Of a stretch of 64,000 nt of DNA, positions 55,775 to 64,000 are shown piece by piece (the first letter of the stretch is position 1; each line of letters opens with the position of its first letter). Under the pieces are notes generated by a model. That model saw nothing but the letters and a program-made list of their open reading frames with translations. It had not been told where the DNA came from and searched no databases. A program made the position numbers and the translations under genes. The stretch covers positions 74,984 through 138,983 of the forward strand of contig JAEUKH010000018.1 in the NCBI GenBank assembly GCA_016792845.1, in the 5' to 3' direction. The DNA is from Myxococcales bacterium (GTDB lineage Bacteria > Myxococcota_A > Polyangia > Polyangiales > Ga0077539).

Positions 55775-57212
55775 CCCGACGTCGCACCACCGCGGGGACG
55801 CCGCCCCGAGGCCGAAGCGTCGCAAAATTGTCGACCACGATCTCGCGCCCGGGGTCGACCTCGAAGTGCCACCGCCGCAAGAGCGTCGCCAACACCAAGG
55901 GCCCTTCGAGCATCGCGAAGTGCGCCCCGATGCAGAACCGAGGCCCGGCGCTAAACGGCAAATAGGCAGCCTTGGGCCGCTCGGCCTCGCGCTCGGGCAA
56001 CCAACGATCAGGGTCAAACCGCTCAGGCTCGGGGTAGAGACTCTCGCGGTAGTGCATCGCGTAGATGCTCACGAACACCAGGGCCCGCGGAGGCAGAGAA
56101 ACACCTGCGATTTCAACGGCTTCGAGCGTCCGCCGGGGCATCATCATCAGCGGCGGGTAGAGCCTCAGGGCCTCTTTGAACACCCGGGTGCAGAACGCGA
56201 GGCGCTCGGGCTGCCAGGCGGTGATGGGGCCCTCACCGAAGGCCAGGGCCTCGTCGACGGCCCGGGCCATGAGCTCGGGGTTTCGTGAGAGGAGGTAGAA
56301 CGACCACGCGAGCGCCGTCGCGGTGGTCTCGTGGCCCGCGACGAAGAGCGTCACGGCCTCGTGTCGCACCTGGGCGTCGCTCATCGATTCGCCGCTGCCG
56401 TCAGGGTCTTTCGCCGTGAGGAGCCGCGTCAGAAGGTCGTTGCGCGTAAACCCGTGCCGCCGACGCTCGTCGATCATGCCCTGGATGCGCTCTTCGAGCA
56501 CCCGCACCGCCGCGCGCAGCTTCGGGTCGCGCGAGGTCGGCAAGAGGAAGGGCGAGGCGAAGCGCGCGTGCAGCGATTGGAGCGCGCGACGCGGACGCCC
56601 GGCGGTCGCCGACGCGAGGCTCGCGGTGGCGTCGAGGGCCAGCACATGGGCCACGAGGCCCAGGCTCGTGAGGTTGTCGTTGACCCACGCGAGGCAGGTG
56701 GTGAGCGCCTCGCCGAGCGCGTCGGCCTCGTCAAAGGTGTCGACGTCGAAGAGCGATTTGCCCACCACCGACATCGCGATGCGGGTGGTCTCGTGGGCCA
56801 GGTCGATGGCCTGCCCCTCATGCATGCGCGAGGCCGCGTGCTCGGCCACGAGGCGCATGGTGTCGGCGTATTGGTGAATCGGCGCGGGCTGAAAGAGCGG
56901 CGCCATCATCTTGCGTTGGCTCCGCCAGAGCGCCCCCTCGGCGGTAAACAAGCCCTGCCCCGCGAGGTCGTTGAGGAGCACCCGAAGCCCCGGCGACTTC
57001 TCAAAGCTCCGCGCCTTGCCCACCAGCACCTCGTGCACCGCCTCAGGCGTACACGGGAAGTACACCGGCAGATGCAGAATGCGGCCGCGCACCAGCGGCT
57101 CTCGGGCCTGGGCGAGGCGACGCTGAAACGCGAGGCGTTCGAGGGTCGTGGGGCCAAAACTGCCGAACAAGCCCGCGTCAGGGAGCCTCGGCAACGCGCT
57201 CAGACTGGTCAT
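55734..57212 (-). CDS. Cytochrome P450
   Basis: I-helix 'AGHETTA'. 'EALRLYPP' (ExxR). Heme loop 'FSAGPRFCIGAHFA'. ATG at 57212. ATGA overlap with the upstream gene. Confidence 0.9.
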   Translation of the reverse strand: MTSLSALPRLPDAGLFGSFGPTTLERLAFQRRLAQAREPLVRGRILHLPVYFPCTPEAVHEVLVGKARSFEKSPGLRVLLNDLAGQGLFTAEGALWRSQRKMMAPLFQPAPIHQYADTMRLVAEHAASRMHEGQAIDLAHETTRIAMSVVGKSLFDVDTFDEADALGEALTTCLAWVNDNLTSLGLVAHVLALDATASLASATAGRPRRALQSLHARFASPFLLPTSRDPKLRAAVRVLEERIQGMIDERRRHGFTRNDLLTRLLTAKDPDGSGESMSDAQVRHEAVTLFVAGHETTATALAWSFYLLSRNPELMARAVDEALAFGEGPITAWQPERLAFCTRVFKEALRLYPPLMMMPRRTLEAVEIAGVSLPPRALVFVSIYAMHYRESLYPEPERFDPDRWLPEREAERPKAAYLPFSAGPRFCIGAHFAMLEGPLVLATLLRRWHFEVDPGREIVVDNFATLRPRGGVPAVVRRRASGPSEGPPRAGG

Positions 57213-59533
57213 CGCGGAGCCGAGGGTACACCCATCGACGACGCCCGAGCGCGCCCCTCGCGGTCGATTCGGTCGCACCAGTCGGCGGCCACGTCGCGCA
57301 GCCCCTGCGGGCGCTCGGGGTCTGCGGCGAGGGCCTCGAAGTCAGCCCGGGCCCGAGGCATTTGCCAGAGATGCCAGTAGCTCGTGCCGCGGATGCGGCG
57401 CGCCTCGGCGCGCACCCGGGGGTCTTCGAGTCGGGCGAGGGTCGCGTCGTCGAGGAGCGCCACCGCGGCCCCGAAGCGCTCGGTGAGAAAGAGCTGCCGC
57501 GCGACGAGGTAGGTCGCCACCGGGTCGCCGGTCGCGCACCGCGCGCGCTCAAGGCCCACCGCAGCGGCCACCGTCGACGCATCGACCGCGCCCCGGCCCA
57601 CGAGGAGGTCGGCCACGGCCTCGGCCAGGAGCCCGCCTCGGCCGAGGGCGCGGCGCTTCAACGAGAGGGTGCGGGCCTCGTCTTCGTCGAGTTGGGCGAC
57701 GGCGATGGCGTTGTACCGCGCGAGGGCCTCGTCGCCCTCACCGTAGCGCCAGACCGCGTCGGCGACGGCGCTCCGGATGCGCTGCCCCGCCGCGGGTCCG
57801 AGCGCCTCAGCCGCCCTCGTCGCGATCTGGTCGGCCTCGGCGAGCTGCCCGCGGCGCACCCGCACGAGGGCGGCGCCGGTGCGGGCCCTGAGGTCGGTGG
57901 GGTCGCGCGCTTGCAGCACCTCGAAGCCCGCGGCGGCCTCGGCGAGCGCGCCCGCGTGCAGCTGCCGCACCGACTGCTCAGAGAGGTCTTCGAGCGCGAA
58001 GGGGCACTCGCGACCGAAGATGCTCGCCCGACGAAAGCGCGTCTGCGCGCGCACGAGCACCCGCTCGGGGGTCTCGACGGTGCGCAAGAACCGATGCCAC
58101 TCAGCTTCGAGGGCGGGCAACGAGGCGCCGTAGACGCCCTCAAAATCGGCCGTCGCGTACAGGCGCTGAAACCGCGCGACGCCGCGGGTGTCGTGGAGCC
58201 AGCGGCAAAACGATCCCGCGGCGGTGTACGCCGTGGCGCTCGCAGACATGAAGAACGCCAGCGACGCCAGCGACGAGACCCGCGGCGCGAGGCCCGCTTC
58301 GAGCATCGCGCGCGACCACTGGTGGGGTGAGCTGTCGCCGCCGTCGCCCTCCCACGCCGCGGCCACGGCGGCCCCTTCGATGAGCCCCGGCACCGGGAGC
58401 CACCGCCCGCGCATGGTGACCCGAAACGGGCCCGACGCCATCGCGCCGGCCACCACATGCGCCAGCTCGTGCTTCAACACCGGGTGCGGAAAGGGCGCAT
58501 ACTGAAGGTACACCTCGCGCCTCCATGGCTTCGCGATGTACGTGTCGGCGGCCCCCATGAGCGCCGCCTTCTGGGCGCTCGACGCGAAGAGAAACACCGT
58601 GATCGGCGCCGCAACGCGCACGCCGTAGAAGTCTTCGAGCTGCGCCACCCTGAGCGCGCAGTCGCGCGCCGTGAGCCACGCCTGCCGCGGGTCGAGGGTG
58701 CGGTCGTAGCGGACGACGCAGCGCCCCGAGGCCGTACTCGCGCCGAGTCGAGAGGCGACCGTCTCAGCGTCGAGGCGGTGCCCGAGCGCAGGCCCCGCGA
58801 GGTACACCCCAAGGCCCAAGGCGAGCCCCGCGAGGCCCGAGACGAGGGTGCCGAGGGTGACGCCTCGCCAGCCCGCTTGCGGCGCCCCGCGAGGCCCCCT
58901 CAGGGCGAGCCTGAGGGCGTGCCCGAGGGCCGCCGCGGCCACGACCCATCCGAGGGTGCCGAGGCGGTAGCTCACCAGGGTCAGACCGACGGGCACACGC
59001 TCGTCGTAGAGGGCCCCCGGGTAGAAGCCGAAGAAGGGATCGTAGGCGAACACGCCGGGGGTTCCGTAGAAGCGCGCGAGGCTCCACACGATGGTCGCCA
59101 GCGGCATGAGGGCGGCGAGCGCCGTCGCCCATCGCGGCCTCTCGATCGCGACCCCCAACGCGTAGCCGAGGAGCCCCGCGAGCACCGCCCCGGGGAGGGG
59201 GATCAGCAGCACGAAGCGCGCCCCCCCGGCGGGCCCGCAGGCCGGCGCCACAAGGCCCCGCGCGAGCACCACCAGGGTCGGCAGCGCCACCCAGAAGAGG
59301 CCCATGAGGGCGGCGACCGCGGGCGAGGTCGGCTGCGCGTGTGCGCGTCGCCCGAGCGCGGCGCCGGTGATCGCGCTCAGCGTGCTCGCGTAGAGCGCCA
59401 CCAAGAGCGAGGCGCCGTAGCCGACGTGGTCTGTGAGGTGGTTGCCCCAACAGAACACGCCGAGCAAAACCCCGAGACCCAGCCCCACCCGCGTACGCCA
59501 CCACGACAGCACCATCGGGCCAAGCGGTAGCAC
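57209..59533 (-). CDS. Membrane protein with an HEXXH metallopeptidase-like motif and a TPR-like C-terminal region. Translationally coupled to the P450 gene.
   Basis: About 8 N-terminal TM helices. 'LKHELAHVVAGAMA'. C-terminal Ala/Arg-rich helical repeats. Confidence 0.65.
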   Translation of the reverse strand: MLPLGPMVLSWWRTRVGLGLGVLLGVFCWGNHLTDHVGYGASLLVALYASTLSAITGAALGRRAHAQPTSPAVAALMGLFWVALPTLVVLARGLVAPACGPAGGARFVLLIPLPGAVLAGLLGYALGVAIERPRWATALAALMPLATIVWSLARFYGTPGVFAYDPFFGFYPGALYDERVPVGLTLVSYRLGTLGWVVAAAALGHALRLALRGPRGAPQAGWRGVTLGTLVSGLAGLALGLGVYLAGPALGHRLDAETVASRLGASTASGRCVVRYDRTLDPRQAWLTARDCALRVAQLEDFYGVRVAAPITVFLFASSAQKAALMGAADTYIAKPWRREVYLQYAPFPHPVLKHELAHVVAGAMASGPFRVTMRGRWLPVPGLIEGAAVAAAWEGDGGDSSPHQWSRAMLEAGLAPRVSSLASLAFFMSASATAYTAAGSFCRWLHDTRGVARFQRLYATADFEGVYGASLPALEAEWHRFLRTVETPERVLVRAQTRFRRASIFGRECPFALEDLSEQSVRQLHAGALAEAAAGFEVLQARDPTDLRARTGAALVRVRRGQLAEADQIATRAAEALGPAAGQRIRSAVADAVWRYGEGDEALARYNAIAVAQLDEDEARTLSLKRRALGRGGLLAEAVADLLVGRGAVDASTVAAAVGLERARCATGDPVATYLVARQLFLTERFGAAVALLDDATLARLEDPRVRAEARRIRGTSYWHLWQMPRARADFEALAADPERPQGLRDVAADWCDRIDREGRARASSMGVPSAPR

Positions 59534-59602
59534 AAATACAGCAACGCCCCAGAGCGTCGGGTGACCCTCTGAGGCGTTGTCGATCGGCGCGGCGTTGAGG
59601 GC

Positions 59603-62008
<2,406 letters not shown>

Positions 62009-62158
62009 AGTGCGCGAACCGTAGAAAACCCCGCCCCACCGCGCAAGTGTCGAAACACCGCCGCCCCCCTCCGGGTCGCAATTCTCGGCCGGCGTGCCCC
62101 CCGATTGGGCAGTGTGCAAGGCACGGCGGGGGCCCGGCGTCGCCCCCGCGTCGCGACG

Positions 62159-63247
62159 CTATTGACCTCGGCGACCGGTCATGGTGCCCCCGAGCGAGAG
62201 CCGCTCGCGCACCGCGTTGCGCTGCCGCTCTTTGTACTCGGCGTGGCTCGCCTCGCCCTGCTCGTTGGCCTCGGCGGCGACCTTGTCGACGAGCTGAAAC
62301 TCGACCAGCACGAAGACCACCTTGCCGAGACTCCGGGCGGCCTCTGGGGCCCGCGCGATGGCCTCGTCGGGGATGCGCACGGGGATGTCGACCACGAAGT
62401 GAATCACCCGGTAGCTGCGGGCGCTGAACTTGTTGTCGACCACGTCGGCGGTGGCGCCGACCTTGTTCGGGTGCGCGAGCGGGTGCCCGAGGAGCGTGTC
62501 GACGTTGGCGTAGCGCGCCCGCAAGGCCACCGGATCGACCAGCGTGTTCTTGCTCTCACCCGGGATCACAAAGTTAAACGGGAAGAGCCGCCGCGAGAGG
62601 TAGTTCAGCACCGCGAGGGTGTCGTCGGGGGTCTGCGTCACCACCCGAAACCTGAGCTTGTCGTACACCTGCGCGGCGATGTTCTCGCTCTTCGAGAGGA
62701 GCTTCGTATAGAGCGAATCGCGGCTCTTGCGCCCCCCCATGAACTCGGCGATGGGCAGCCGCAGCGACATCATCTCGCCCATCACGCCGAAGATCTTGGC
62801 CTCGACCAGGCCGAACACCTGGGCGTCGCTCATGGGCACCATGTACAAGAGCTCGCGCCCCTGCAAATGGTGGATGGTGTGTATCGCCTTCAAGATCACG
62901 CAGGCGCACACCTGACGGTGGCCGCGGGTGCTCGCCAGCTTCAAGAGCCCAAAGATGTCGAGCTCGGCCACCCCCCGAGGGATGGGGTACTCGAAGGTGC
63001 GCCGCAGGTACTCGATCGACTCGTGCTGGATCGACGCGACCCGCGCCATGTCGTCGGCGTCGTCAGGGTCGAAGCCCTGCACCCGCAGAAACTCTGCGAT
63101 CTCGTCGTCGGTCTCGAAGTAGAGCCGCTGCCAGTCGATGACCGAACCACCCCGCAGGATGTTCCACACCGACTCCATGTCGCCGAGGGTGAAGCGCTCG
63201 ACGCTGCGGTACGCGACCGGCTCGCTCATGGCGCGATCTTCGCTCAA
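62159..63247 (-). CDS. RelA/SpoT-homologue (RSH) synthetase-domain protein, small-alarmone-synthetase-like, with a ~170-aa N-terminal domain of unknown function
   Basis: Matches against E. coli RelA synthetase motifs: 'GGRKSRDSLYTKLLSK' (GRPKHIYSIWRKM), 'YDKLRFRVV' (FDVRAVRIV), 'YRVIHFVV' (YQSIHTVV), 'VEFQLV' (VEVQIRT), 'SHAEYKE' (HWKYKE). Confidence 0.65.
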   Translation of the reverse strand: MSEDRAMSEPVAYRSVERFTLGDMESVWNILRGGSVIDWQRLYFETDDEIAEFLRVQGFDPDDADDMARVASIQHESIEYLRRTFEYPIPRGVAELDIFGLLKLASTRGHRQVCACVILKAIHTIHHLQGRELLYMVPMSDAQVFGLVEAKIFGVMGEMMSLRLPIAEFMGGRKSRDSLYTKLLSKSENIAAQVYDKLRFRVVTQTPDDTLAVLNYLSRRLFPFNFVIPGESKNTLVDPVALRARYANVDTLLGHPLAHPNKVGATADVVDNKFSARSYRVIHFVVDIPVRIPDEAIARAPEAARSLGKVVFVLVEFQLVDKVAAEANEQGEASHAEYKERQRNAVRERLSLGGTMTGRRGQ

Positions 63248-63249
63248 AC

Positions 63250-63453
63250 TCAGCCGTTCGACTGCGTTGAACCGACCGCCTCGCCCTTCGGCGCCTCAGC
63301 GCCTCGACGCCCCAACTGAAGGGTGCCCACGAAGAGAAACACGCTCACCCCGAGGGCCATCGCGTTGCCCCACGGCGCGTGCTCACACCCCATCAAAACC
63401 ATCGGTACCGCCAGCACAAGGGCGAACGCTCGCCGAGATTGCATCGTCTGCAT
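63250..63453 (-). CDS. Tiny two-helix membrane ORF immediately upstream of, and overlapping (ATGA), the RSH-like gene
   Basis: 'MQSRRAFALVLAVPMVLMGC...ALGVSVFLFVGTLQL'. Its stop at 63250-63252 overlaps the RSH ATG at 63247. Confidence 0.35.
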   Translation of the reverse strand: MQTMQSRRAFALVLAVPMVLMGCEHAPWGNAMALGVSVFLFVGTLQLGRRGAEAPKGEAVGSTQSNG

Positions 63454-63672
63454 CACTCCATCAAAACGGGTCAAACCAACCGTCTGTGGCGCAGGCACCG
63501 CACACTGGTGCGCCCTGCACAATCTCAAGAAAGCCAGCGCTCGGCTGAGTAAGCGGCCCGCACTCTTAGGCGAAGTCGCAAGCCCACTTCAAGCCCTTGT
63601 GTGCCCTCTCGGGGCTGTCACACGACGTTTTCTTGACTTGACAACGCAACAGTGTGAGCCCCTCTCGCAGCC

Positions 63673-64000
63673 ATGAAGCGCCCACTCGTCGTCGCGGTCG
63701 CCAATCAGAAGGGCGGGGTCGGCAAGACCACCACCGCCGTCAACCTCGCCGCAGCCCTCGCGATGAAGGGCTTTCGCACCCTCCTCGTCGACATGGACAT
63801 TCAGGGCAGCGCCTCGGCCACCCTGGGCTTGAGCCCTGTCGACGAGTCGTGCGTCGATGTCGCGCGGGTGCTCCTCGACGAGCGCCCGCTCGAAGACGCG
63901 ATCTGCGAGACCCACCTCGCGAACCTCTCGCTGGCTCCTGCTGGCGAGCGCATGGCCATGGTCGACCTGCACCTCGCCTCGGCCTACGGGCGCGAGCGGG
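63673..64000 (+). CDS. ParA/Soj-family ATPase (partial, 3' end outside the window)
   Basis: '[26 protein letters not shown]' deviant Walker A. Confidence 0.85.
   Translation, partial: MKRPLVVAVANQKGGVGKTTTAVNLAAALAMKGFRTLLVDMDIQGSASATLGLSPVDESCVDVARVLLDERPLEDAICETHLANLSLAPAGERMAMVDLHLASAYGRER

Noticed and set aside
62105-63319. 404-aa plus-strand ORF opposite the RSH-like gene
   Set aside because: The antisense translation lacks motifs. The minus strand matches RelA/SpoT synthetase motifs one-to-one.

Overview
Annotation and hunt over a 64-kb, ~70% GC bacterial chromosomal window, read directly from the sequence. The window is densely coding, with many long antisense shadow ORFs. Lipoproteins carrying LxxC lipoboxes are abundant, and one protein carries four Myxococcus-type cysteine-rich repeats (CGDG..GE.CDDGN...DGC), so the source is most likely a myxobacterium (Myxococcales). 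I support about 60 CDS. Housekeeping and recognisable families: Tex C-terminus (partial), class-I O-methyltransferase, TerC, SNF2/SWIM helicase, YqgE/AlgH, an HD-GYP response regulator, SirC-like precorrin-2 dehydrogenase, UDP-sugar pyrophosphorylase, an ECF sigma/anti-sigma pair, NadA, FAD-linked GlcD/D2HGDH-like oxidase overlapping SerA, a tandem DsbA-like protein, a large VWA membrane protein, CoaX, a FecCD permease, TetR, UvrD/PcrA, a B12 radical-SAM enzyme, YebC, two tandem identical tRNA-Leu(GAG) genes, sterol-desaturase-family enzymes, a c-type cytochrome, a PI-PLC-like lipoprotein, a porin-like protein, an alpha/beta hydrolase, nitronate monooxygenase, pirin, cytochrome P450, Lon, an RSH (RelA/SpoT synthetase-domain) protein, and ParA (partial). 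I found no transposase or integrase, no CRISPR array and no rRNA. Five items stand out. (1) A palindromic element with core CTGAGTCTGACTCAG occurs at least seven times. Six copies fall within 8 kb around the TetR gene, and one overlaps the Lon start codon. Its half-sites resemble the HspR HAIR half-site (TGAGT/ACTCA) but with N3 spacing. (2) An orphan tandem-BMC-domain (BMC-T) shell-protein gene sits next to nadA. (3) A small-alarmone-synthetase-like RSH protein is translationally coupled to a tiny two-helix membrane ORF. (4) AT-rich GTTTCA/TGAAAC triplet arrays with ~11-bp phasing bracket the PLC-like gene, and a second pair lies inside the hydrolase gene. (5) Two tandem 17-bp palindromes, GTTGAACAGTGTTCAAC, lie between the convergent tex and methyltransferase genes. 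Coordinates that I derived by reading the printed sequence (repeats, hairpins) may be off by 1-2 nt. CDS ends follow the supplied ORF track.
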